Source: Microthyrium microscopicum | Lineage: Eukaryota | Assembly: GCA_010405405.1 (NCBI GenBank) | Contig: MU004248.1 | Coordinates: forward strand, 1 to 64,000 | Direction: 5' to 3' | Length of the DNA: 64,000 bases | Part shown: positions 27,951 through 39,600 of the stretch, one piece after another | Layout of the letters: each line of letters starts with the position of its first letter | Position numbering within the stretch: position 1 is the first letter of the stretch | Position numbers and translations under genes: made by a program | Notes under the pieces: model-generated | What the model was told of the DNA's origin: nothing | Database searches by the model: none | Seen by the model: the letters and a program-made list of their open reading frames with translations, nothing else

Positions 27951-28819
27951 TAGAGAGAATAGATATAAAAGGATATAAAGTATACTAAGTAGATTTATAA
28001 GGAAGCTATTAGTAAAATATTAAGACTACTAGCTAGGACTTATTTTTATACTATAGCCTTATTTATAAAAGTTAGCTTTACTTAGTTAGTTAGGGTTTAC
28101 TTAAGTATATACCTTAATTTTATAAAAGTAGGATAAAGAAGAATTAAAAGAAGTATATAATTATAAAATTAAATATACCTTATTTAATACTCTTCTATCT
28201 AATTAGGTTAGTAGAGAATAAATACTTACTTTATTAAGTACTTCCTATTAAGGAAAGCTTTAATATTAATTCTTATTATAAGTAAAGATTCTAAAGAAGG
28301 AAGTTGCTCTTAGTAGGTAATAACTTATAGATTAGGTAGGCTTAAGGTAATAGCCTAAGGAAACTTAAAAATGCCTAAGTTCTTAATAAACCTAGATAAA
28401 CTTAAATAAGAACCTAATAGTAACGTTTAGCTTTATAAATTATTATTTAAGGGGTACTTCTTTAAGCAATGTTTAAAACTAAAAATAGGTTTACTAGAAT
28501 TTATTAAGATTATTATTTAGCTAGCTAGATAGTAGCTAAGTAGTTTATACTATTATGATATAATATATCTTAAAGTATATTAATACTACTAGAACGTAGT
28601 TAACTCTTTAAAGACTTATAAGGACGTTTAGGTCCTTATTAAGGAGATAATATTAGGAATTAAACCTAATAGACTCTTTAAAATAAGTATTATAGCCTAA
28701 GTGCTTTAGCCTAATAGCTATTAGAAGCTAGTAGAGCTACTTCTTTAGCTTTAGTATATTCTATAGTTAAGAGAACTAATAGGTTCTTAACTATTATAAT
28801 TAGTAGCTAAGCGTACCTT

Positions 28820-31800
28820 TGTAATGATTCCTTACAGTGCTAAGTATTGAGAGAGATCTTAGTGTTACAAGATCACGCGCTAGACCTGAAAGGGTTAGCG
28901 CGTCCGAGGTTCTGCCGAGCGGACTTACTTCCCTCGCAGATCCGTAGTAGTTCTAGATCTTCTTCCTCTCTTCCTTGTACGTAGATTCTTAAATACTAGC
29001 TAATTATCTACTTAACTCTAAGTCCTACTACTCGTTATATAATCTACGTACTATAAAAACTGTTGCGCGCTTATACTACGTATTAAAAAGTATTATTTGG
29101 CGTAGGTAATATCCTATTACTTTCTATATAGGCAATATCCTATTACACTTTACGCGTAAGACTCTAAAATTTTGAGCCCTACTTTAAAATCTAATAATAC
29201 TAAAACTAATTAGCGCGTTAGAATTCCCTAATGCTAATTATCCTAATTAGTATTAGACTAATAAAAGGTCTAAGCTTTAATTGCTCCTTAATTACTTATG
29301 TATAGGAATACTAAATTTATCTTTCTTACTATAATCCCTCTAAATACTACTTTTAAACTAAAATTATTCTTAACTCTAAATCCTTTCTATAGCGTTTATT
29401 AATTAAAAACTTTAATAGCTAGTAAGAATCTATTACTAATATAAGTAACTAAGTTCCTTTACTACTATAAGGTAGACGTAGAGTAAATAGCTATCTATAC
29501 TAATCCTCTTTACTCTAGCGTAAAGCTAACTAGCCTAATTGTTATTAATTCCTATCTTCTTTACGTTGCTTATTAATTTTAAGTTGCCCTCCTACTATGC
29601 TAAATATTAGCTAGTTAGATACTTAAGATACTATATAGATTTTATAATCTATAAAGAAACTACCTACACGTAACTAGGAACTATAGAAATTATTAGTAAA
29701 CTTTAATAAAGATAATAATAACTAGCTACTTAGGTTATTATAAAAAGAAAGTAAGGAGAAAGCCCTAATCTATAATAATAAAGAAGTAAGATCCTTAAAA
29801 TAGTATATTAAAGACACTACTTATAAAGAAGACAAGGAATTTAAAAGTAAAGAGGAAGATAATATTACCAAAATCCATAGAACCTTTAAAGATAATACTA
29901 GTTTACTATAAGAAATTATTAAATAATTAGTAGTTATATAAAAGAATCTAGAATTAGTAAACGTCCCTTTAATATTTAAAAGCTACTATATAGTTACTAT
30001 GAACTTAAACTATATTATTAATCTCCTAGTAGACTATAAGCTATTATAATTCTAAGCTATAGTATACTAAGTATTACCTAGTTAAGAAGGCTAAAAGCTA
30101 AAGCCTACCCTACTAATAGCATAAAAAACCTTAGAGGACTTAGAACTACTATACTATAATTACTTTATTATCTAATCTAGCTAAGGCCTTACTTATACTC
30201 TAAAAGGTAGCCTAGACCTAGATAAATTTATTATAATATTATTTAACTACTACTTAAAGATATAGGCTATATTCTACTTTTATAACGTAGAGTAAGATAT
30301 AAATATTATCTAAGCTAAGTAATTAAATAAAGAGAAAGCCTATAGCGCCTAGCTAGAGGAAGACGCTAAACAAAACTAGAATCTAGTAAATAATCTTATA
30401 AAAGTAAATAAAGACTATTAAATAGAGATTTTATAGCTAAATACTAAACTTTAAGATAGTGACGTCTCCCTTAATAAGAGAGTTACTACTTATAAAACTA
30501 TAAATAACCTCTAGTATGATAATACTCTCCTAAAAAATATAGTTATATTCTAATCCTCTAAGCTAAATTAGTTCTAAACTATACTTTAGTAGAAAGTTAA
30601 TAAAGTTATAGTACTTTAAGTATAAGTTAAAGCTCTCTAAAAGTCTAAGGTACCTAAGAAGATAAATAACCCTTACGCTAATCTTAATAAGAACGCTAAT
30701 AATAACTTATTACGCTCTATGTTAGTTAGTCCTAATTTAAACTTAAATTACTAGTCTCTATATAGAAGTTCTATACCTTACTAATTTACTCCTAATTCCT
30801 TAATATACGCTATAAATAAAGGTTTTAAGAAATAAAGAGAAAAGCCTACTAAGTTTAATAAGAAGGATAAAGATAAGTACTATGTTTAGAAAGCTAAAGC
30901 GCTTAATTACCTTAATAAGAACGCCCTTATATACAATATAGAGTTATCTAAGATTTATCTAATTTAGGAATAAATAGATAAATAGGCCTTTGCTACTATT
31001 AAGGAGCAAAGTAAATAAGATTCTTATAACCTATATCTTTACTTAAAAGAGGTATAGGTAGACCTAGACTATAAATATACTACTAAGGATAGTTTTATAA
31101 AGGCTAAAGCCTAGCTTAAAATACTAAAAGCTTAAATAAAGGCATTAGAGAAGGTAGAAGAATATCTTACCTATTTCTCTTCTAATTCTTATAAAGTAAG
31201 ATTATTTAACGAAGAGAAGATTATTAAACTACGTAACCTATTACTAAAGCGTTTTACTAATTATCTACTATTTATTAAACTAGACTCTTACTCTAAATTT
31301 GTTAATAACCTCTATAAGGTATTTTACTAAATAAAATATTAACCTTCTATAGAAACTAATAATAATAACTACTTTAACTTTAATAGCTTTTATAGAGGCT
31401 ATAAAGGTAGAAGGCGTAGAAACTATAATAGTAGTAGTAGTACCTATAATAATACTACTAATGATAATAATAAAATTATACGTTTATAAGAAGTCTTTTA
31501 CGTCCTATGAAAGGATAACTATTATATCTAATGTAGAGAATAAGGATATAGCTATTAGAAAGTAAACGCCCTATATATAAGTAAAGATCTTTTTTCTAAT
31601 ACTAAGATTTGTACTAAAGTTGCTTATATAGCTACTATCTTTACTATAATATTTATATAACTTAATTCTAATCTTTTACGTACTAATAATAACTTAGAAA
31701 ACTAAAGGCTCTTTTATATAGATATATAAAAAAGCTAAATAAGCAAGAAGTGCATAACTATTAAAAAAAGAAGAAATACTAAGTATATATATTAGACCTA

Positions 31801-34800
31801 AAGGACGAGCTAGAAACTATTCCTACTACTAACAAAACATTAAGATATTAAGCCTATATATCTAACCCTAACTTAGATAATAAGGAAGGGGATAAAGACG
31901 CGCTAAATTATAACTTTAACTTTGACCTAGAGCCAAAAAATCTAGAGCCTATAGAGAAGACTTAGTTAAAATAATTAACTATAAAGAAATAAACGTTTAA
32001 TAAAGAACCTATCCTTACTAAAGAATAAATCTAGAGCATAGTTTAAGATATAATTAAGCGCCTACAAAAGCTAGTAGAGCTAGAGCTAGCAGTAATTTAA
32101 ATCTTCTTAGTATCTATTACTAATAGCTTCTATCTAAGAAATATTTTAGAGATACTCATAGTTAGCGATTAGTAGACTACTAAAAGTATAGCTTATTTAC
32201 TAAAAGCAAAATATTACGTCTAAATTAATATATTAATTAATATAGGAAGTAAAGCAATAAGTATTATATACTTAAAATTTATTTACTAATATAATATTCC
32301 TATAATAAATCTATCTACTTCTTAAGTAATATAACTTACTAATAGCAAAGCTATTACTAAGGTAGATAAAGCTACTATAGTAAACGTTTACCTTAGTAAG
32401 CATATTAAGCAAATCTGCTATTTCATTATAGACGTTGCTAATTATAATATTATCTTTAGAAATCTATAGATAAACCTTTATGAAGTTACCTTAAAGAAAA
32501 GCAAAAAAGAGATCTACTTTAACTTCGCTTATTACTTAGTAAATTACTTACTCTATAGCTACTTAATATTAATAGATTATAAAGGCTATTCTTATAACCT
32601 TACTAACTCTCTACTAGATAAAAAAGATATTACTATAGTTAGCATAGTAGCCTTTATAAAAATATTAAAATAAGGGTAGAAATTTAGCAAAGTATAGCTA
32701 AAGGATTTAGATAAAGATAAAAATAAAGTACTACTAGATTCCTCTATACCTAAGACGCTAAAAGAGAATATTACGATTAACCTCTCTAAGATATCTTTAG
32801 AAGATTATAAAAAGTAGTATAAGAAGTATAATTAGCCTCTATTAAGTTATAAAGAAATTTTAAAGAAACTATTAAAGGAATTCTATTGCTATATTAATAT
32901 CTTTAACCTAAAGCTAAGTAATAATTTAGCACTACACTATAGCGAATAGGACTACTCTATTAATATTATCTTTAATACTACTATTCCTAAATAAAGATAT
33001 AATACTCTCTTATATTAAGAATTGCTAGTTATTAAATAGTATATTAATTAGATACTTAGCCGTAATTAAGTTTAGGCTAGTAAATCCTACTTTGCCGCCC
33101 TAATGTTATATATATATAAACCTAAAGATAGTATCTATGTCTATATTAATTACTAAGGCCTAAACGAAATAACCTAGAAGAACTATAACGTCCCTTTATA
33201 ATTACTAGAAACCTTAGCTAGAATATACTATATAAAATTCTTCTTAAAATTTAATATTATTACTACTTTTACTTATATTTAAATTAAACTAGGAGATAAG
33301 TATAAAACTACGTTCCTTATCTATTACAATCTCTATAAATTTAAGGTTATATTATTTAGCCTTATAGGAGCTTTAGGCACCTTTTAAGCGTACTTAAATT
33401 ATATCCTTATAGAATACCTTAATAACTTCGTTACTAGCTATATAGATAACCTCCTAGTCTTTAGTAAGAGCTAAGATTAGTATACTACGTATATCTACCT
33501 TATCTTAGAGGCTATAGGTAAAGTAGGCCTCTACCTTAATATTAATAAATATAATTTCTTTACTAAATAAATTAAATACCTTAGCCTTATTATTACTACT
33601 ACTAGCATTAAAATAGATTTAGATAAAGTTAAAAGCGTTATTAAGTAGGCTTAACCTTTATTAATTAAGGACGTATAGGCATTCTTAAGCTTTACTAATT
33701 TCTACTACTATTTTATTTATAGTTACTTCTAAACTACTACTTCTCTTATTACCTTTACTAAAAAAGATACAATAGTAATCTTTTTATAAAATCTAGACGG
33801 ACCTAAGGACTACGTATTTAAAAAGCTAAAAAAGAACTTTACTACTATACTTATCCTTTACTACTTTAACTATATAAAGAAAATGTAGTTAGAAATAAAT
33901 ACTTCTAATTAGGTATATGCTATAGTGCTCTTCTAAAAGGATAAAGAAGGCAAATTATAGCTTATTGCATTCTTATTAAAAAAGATAAGCCCTATTAAGT
34001 ATAATTATAACATTTATAATAAAGAGTTATTAGTAATTATCTACGCCTTTAAAGAATAGGAACTAGAGCTATTCTCTATAGTAGATATAATTAAGGTATT
34101 CTTAAACTACTAGAACTTATAAACCTTTATAATAACTAAAAAGTTATCCTACTAATAGGCAAGATAGGCTAAATTTCTATTCTAATTCTACTTCTAAGTT
34201 TAGTATTGCTCTAGTCTATTTAATAATAAAGCTAATATACTTACTTACTAATTATAAGATCTACCTTAGAATAATAATAACCTACAAGTCTCTTAGTAAG
34301 TCTAACTGCTATTATTCCCTTACTAGTTTAATACCCCCTATGCTATTAAGTTAGCCTTATTATTAATTAAACTAGTAGCACTATTAATTATATACTTAGC
34401 TACTATTATTTAAAATAAGTTAAATATCTTAACCTCTATAAAGGAGTTAATAGATCCTATAAAAAGGTTAGTTAGTAACAAAAGACTACCTAGGGAGAAG
34501 TTAATAGAATCCCTAAGAGATAATAAATCCCTAAATTTTAATAGCAATTAGTTTATATAAGATATAGTTTAAGAGTCTATTAGTAATAAAACTATAAAAG
34601 CAATCTAATAGGCTAAAGCAAACTACTAGACGTATTTACTCTTTAATATACCTAAGTAAGAAGGTATTAAGTTAGATAACTATGTAGTTACTATAGATAA
34701 TATAATTCTATACTATAACTATATCTTTATTCTCTATAGTAAACTACGTTACTAAGCTTTATTCTTTACTTATAGCTATAAAGTTATAGGCTATAAAGAA

Positions 34801-36699
34801 GTAGCTATAATCTATTATTACTTATAAGAGACCTATTAGTAGTCTAGAATATTATAAGATATAAAGATATATATAAAAGGTTATAAATACGTCTTTACTA
34901 AACTAGTATGATAAAAGAAGTAAAGATTCTTAAGAAGCTTCCTCTTACTAGAACGCGCTTAGTTAGATATCTTTATTAACTTTGCTATTTTATTACTATA
35001 CTACTACTACTAAGAAGTAATCTATTACTATGTTATAGTTATTATAGATTATTATATAAGAATACGTCGCTTTATTCTACTACTAGACCTCTCTATAGAA
35101 TCTATAGTTTTAGTATTTATTAACTATATCTAAAGATTAATAAGTTAGCCTAAAAGTATCCTTTTAGATCGTAGTAGCTAATTTACCTTAGCCTTTTAGA
35201 AACGTTTATATAAACGTGTTAGTACTATTCTTTACCTTAGTATAGCTTTTTACCTAAAGATAGACGGTATTATAGAAATCTCTATTATAACCCTAAAGTA
35301 GTATTTATAAGCCTTTATTAATTAGGATTAAGATAACTAGGTTGCTTTACTACTATTTATGGAATTTATAGTTAACTTAGTAGTAAATATAACTATAGGA
35401 ATTATGCCCTTCTAGGTATAAAATAGCTTTAATCCTTAATTAGGCCTTAAAGCTAATTACTCTATTCTTTACTTATTCTACGCCTCTATTACTACTAATA
35501 AAGAAGAAGCTAATGTAGATATTATATAATAAGGCTATACTAATATATATAAATACTTTATAGAGTAACTTACTTAGGCTTAGGCATAATAAGCTAAGTA
35601 TACTAACTATTACTATTAAGCTATACTAAATCTATAGCTAGGTAATTAAGTAAGATTAGATACTTGTAATTACTCTACTTCTTATTCTTTAAAAATACTT
35701 AATAGTAAAAGCTTTAAACTTTTCTATATTATTAAAAAGATTAACGCTATTATATATAAGCTAAATCTACCCTCCTTAATAAAAATACATAATGTCTTTT
35801 ACGCTTAGATCCTTTACTATATTACTAATAATACTAAACTTCTAAAATATTTAAATCCCCTTCCTATAATTATAGGTAAGACTAAAGAAACTATAAAATA
35901 GTAAGTAGATATAATTATTAATAGCTATTACAAGCCCTAGACTAAGAAAAAGACGTTATAGTACATAATTAAATTTATAAGCTATAATATAGTAGAATAG
36001 TATGATTAGTATAACGCTAAGAACGCTCTAGATTTAATTGTAGAGTTCTACGCCTATTACCCTAATAAGCTAAGCCCTTACCCCTCTTAGATCTTACTAT
36101 AGCTAGAGCCTACTAAAGATAATAACGTTATGTATAACTTTAATGGTGTCCCTACTAATTAGTACTAAAAAGTTTACTTTCTTTATATTATTAATACCCC
36201 TATTTAGCATAGATATACTAGCCCTTAAACCACTAGGACTTAAAAACTAGAGTATTCTAAAGATATCTTAAGGTTCGTTAATACCTCTTAATAGTTGCTT
36301 TAATAAGCTAAAGGTTAAAATGCTCTAAATATCTAATTGTTAGCATTATATTATAGAAGGAATTTATTAGACTAGACTGGATTAGACTAGACTAGACTAG
36401 ACTAGACTAGACTAGAATAGACTAGGAGAGTAATAATAAGCTAAGACAGCCTAGAGAGCTATTCTAAAAGAAAGGGTCGTGTAATAATTCCTTATAGTAC
36501 TAAGTATTAAGAGAGATCTTAGTATTATAAGATTACGCACTAGACCTAAAAGGGTTAGCGCGTCTAAGGTTCTACTAAGCAGACTTACTTTCTTTATAGA
36601 TCCATAGTAGTTCTAGATCTTTTTCCTCTTTTCCTCGTACGTAGATTCTTGAATACTAGCTAATTATCTGCTTAACTCTAAGTCCTACTGCTCGTTACA
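28820..36699 (+). mobile_element. Element F: full-length (7.9 kb), innermost and apparently least RIP-mutated chromodomain Ty3/gypsy, related to D in pol
   Basis: 220-bp LTRs at 28820-29039 and 36480-36699 (TGTAAT..GTTACA); 4-bp TSD CCTT/CCTC. RT relic YIDNLL at 33439-33456; PPT AAAAGAAAGGG before 36480; TTAGAAAACTAA at 31694-31705 resembles a RIPed GGAAAAC gag-pol slippery site. Confidence 0.95.
36366..36425. repeat. (ACTAG)n pentanucleotide microsatellite in the 3' UTR of F
   Basis: About 12 units; one unit reads ACTGG, suggesting a pre-RIP (ACTGG)n. Confidence 0.9.
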
Positions 36700-39600
36700 C
36701 CTCTAAGGTAGCTTAGCTTATAGATAAACTACTCTAGCTTAGAGAAGAACCTTAGAGGTTCCTAAGCAATAAGATAGAGGCTAAGGAATCTCTTTATAGT
36801 TCCTTAGTAATTACTCCTATCCCTATTTCTATATGCCTAATCTATTAAGTATCTTATAACCTTTTTACCTACTCTATAACCCTAATCTCTAATAAAGATA
36901 TTATTAAAACTTAGCTTAAAAGATTCTTTATTCTCTACTTTCTTATTAAATCTCTTAGAAGTTTATTAAAGCTTTTATTTCTTTATATAAGTTATAAAAG
37001 AGAAAGTTTATTTATTTTATAAACTTATTAAAATTTATAATGCTATAGCTAATAGGATTCTAAATCTAGGGAAGGACTTATTAAGTAGTATCTTTTATAA
37101 GCTAGCTAAATATATAGTAGATTTAGGCATAGTTATCTATATAAATTTATTTATTAATATATAATTTTGCTTTAATTATTTAGTAAAAACTAGGATAAAA
37201 GGTTAGGTCCTTATATAAATATTATTTTAAGTTTAGGAGAGCTAGTTAAAAGTTTTATAGTAGTAGTTAAAGTAGCTTATATTAGATAGCTAAAGGATTT
37301 ATTAGAGGAGGTAGAGGAGGGGCTACTAATCTAGCTATTATAATTAGAATCTAAGAAGGATTAGCTTATAGAATTAAAGAAGGATAGTAGCTATAATTAG
37401 AGGTTTCTCTAATAAAGGATATAGTTAATATTAAAGAAAAAGTTATACTAGGTATTATAGATTCTCTTTAGAGTTATTTTTATTTCTACTACTACTACTA
37501 GGTTAGCGTCTTATAGATAATATTATTTACTTATTATATAAAGATCTTACTATTAGCATAAATATTAGTAAGTTATTTATTCTAACTATTAACTTAGGTT
37601 TAGAGTTTAGCGTAGATTATTACAATCTATTACGTATTCTTATTTAATTATATATAAATTTTACTAGTTAACCTATTTAGTTATTATAAAGCTTATTTAT
37701 AACTAATAATAGTTATACGTAATTATAAAATAAATAAATTAAGTATATTATTAAGTAGTAAAATACTATCTATTACTTATTATAAGCTATTATTAGTTAC
37801 CTTTTAGAATATATTTAAGTAGTTCTATAGCTCTATCTATTATTAGTTAATATATATAAAGTACGCTTCTACGTTCTTATAAGTAAAGTCTTTAGAGAAC
37901 GTTTCTTTATCTTATCTAGTAGTTATTAAGTAAGAGGGATCTTAATTTACTATTTTAGCTATTTATTAATAGATAAAGAGAAAGTAGGTAAAAAGAAGGG
38001 TTAGTTTTAAAGTTACCTAATGTTATAGGTTAGATAATAAAGAGACAAGTTATATTATAAGCCTACTAAATAGGAAGATAACTTAGAGAGAAAGAAGAGT
38101 TAAGAGACTCTTTAATTAAGGTATTTATATATAATAGGGGTAGCCTAAATGGGTATAGCTTTAGGGAGTTTAACTCCTAACATCCTAAGTAAGTATTTAT
38201 AGTTTGCTAAAGCCTTTAGTAAATAAGATATACTTAAACTAGCCTAATATAGTCTATAAGACTTTAAGATTAACCTAAAGCTAGGCGCTATAGTACTATA
38301 TAGACTTATTTATAGCTTCTTAGAGGCTAAGTTAGTTATTCTATATAAGTACTTAGATACTTACTTTATAAGAGGTTAGATTTAAAAGTTAAGATTCCTT
38401 ACTAGAGTTCTTATCCTCTTTATAAAGAAGAAAGATAGAATATTATAACTCTATATAGACTACTAAAGCCTAAATAATATTACTATTAAGGATTAGCATA
38501 TATTACCTCTTATTAAGGAGTCTTTAGATAGACTTTAAGGCGCTAAGTTCTTTATTAGTTTTAACTTACGTAAAGCTTATTATTATTTATATATTAAAGA
38601 TAGTAATAAGTAAAAAACTACGTTTAGAACTAAATATAGGATATTTAAGTATATAGTAGTTCTATTTAGACTTATAAATACTCCTATGGCTTTCTAAGTA
38701 TATATTAACTAAGTATTAAGAGGCTTAGTAGATATAATATATATTATTTATCTTAATAATATTCTTATTTACTCTAAAACTAAGAAGTAATATATTAAAG
38801 ACGTTTAAGAAGTTCTATAGTAACTTATAAAGTATTGTTTATATATAAAACTATCTAAGTATAAGTTTTATACTAGTAGTATAGAGTATCTAGGTTATAT
38901 TATAACCTTAAATAGTATTACTATAAATTAGTTATAAGTTAATATATACCTAAATTAGCTAAAACTATGTAATGTATATTAAGTAAGGAAATTTATTAGC
39001 TTTATAAACTACTATTATTAGTTTATTACTAGATTCTTCTATATTACTATACTACTAAACGCTTTAACCTAGAAAGAACTAGGTTAGGCCCTAAAAGGCT
39101 TAAAGCTATAATAAAAAGAGTCTATAGATATTAAATTACTACTAAATGCCTTAGATTCTTTTAATAAACTAAAAGATTCTTTTATAAATATACTAATTTT
39201 AGCTTATTTTAACCTTATGCTTTCTATATAGTTAGAAATTAATACTTTTAGAAAAATAATTTATAGGATATTAAGCTAAAGATAGCGTAATAAAGGCTAA
39301 GATAGCTTATAAAAACCTATTATATTCTATTCTTAGAAATTATCTCTACTAGAGAGTTACTATAAGACTTTATAATAAGAGTTCTTAGTAATTATAAATT
39401 CCTTAAAAGTATTTAGAAAGTACTTATAAGGCTTACTAGACTAATTTTAGGTTTTAATAGACTATATAAACCTTAAATTACTTAAAATAATACTAAAAAT
39501 ATTATTAATATATATAAGATAGGTAGATTTACTCTTAGAATATAATTTTAATATTAAGCACTACCTAGGTAAGATAAATCTAGCTAATAGACCCTTAAGA

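Larger units (their letters stand above)
20275..36894 (+). mobile_element. Element E: RIP-degraded chromodomain Ty3/gypsy related to B, inserted in the gag region of C; its 3' LTR is split by F
   Basis: 5' LTR at 20275-20634; 3' LTR at 28651-28819 plus 36700-36894; TSD AAGAT at 20270-20274 and 36895-36899. RT relic IYFNNIF at 23122-23142; pol ends near 25730. The LTR shares TAGTAATTACTCYTATCCCTATTT with the B LTR. Confidence 0.93.
6675..38182 (-). mobile_element. Element C: RIP-degraded chromodomain Ty3/gypsy inserted between protease and RT of B
   Basis: 162-bp LTRs at 6675-6836 and 38021-38182 (TGTTAT..CTAACA); TSD TCCTA at 6670-6674 and 38183-38187. Minus-strand RT relic IYLNNVL at 10968-10988, protease relic FINSSY (de-RIP FIDSGC) near 12066-12083, chromodomain relic near 8500-8630. 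Confidence 0.92.

Noticed and set aside
27739..27978. 79-aa hydrophobic plus-strand ORF as an env-like or membrane protein
   Set aside because: It is the antisense shadow of the minus-strand cargo frame; the I/L/V/F richness follows from RIP composition.
36366..36425. CRISPR-like or other spaced repeat array
   Set aside because: Simple pentanucleotide microsatellite; no repeat-spacer structure was seen anywhere in the window.
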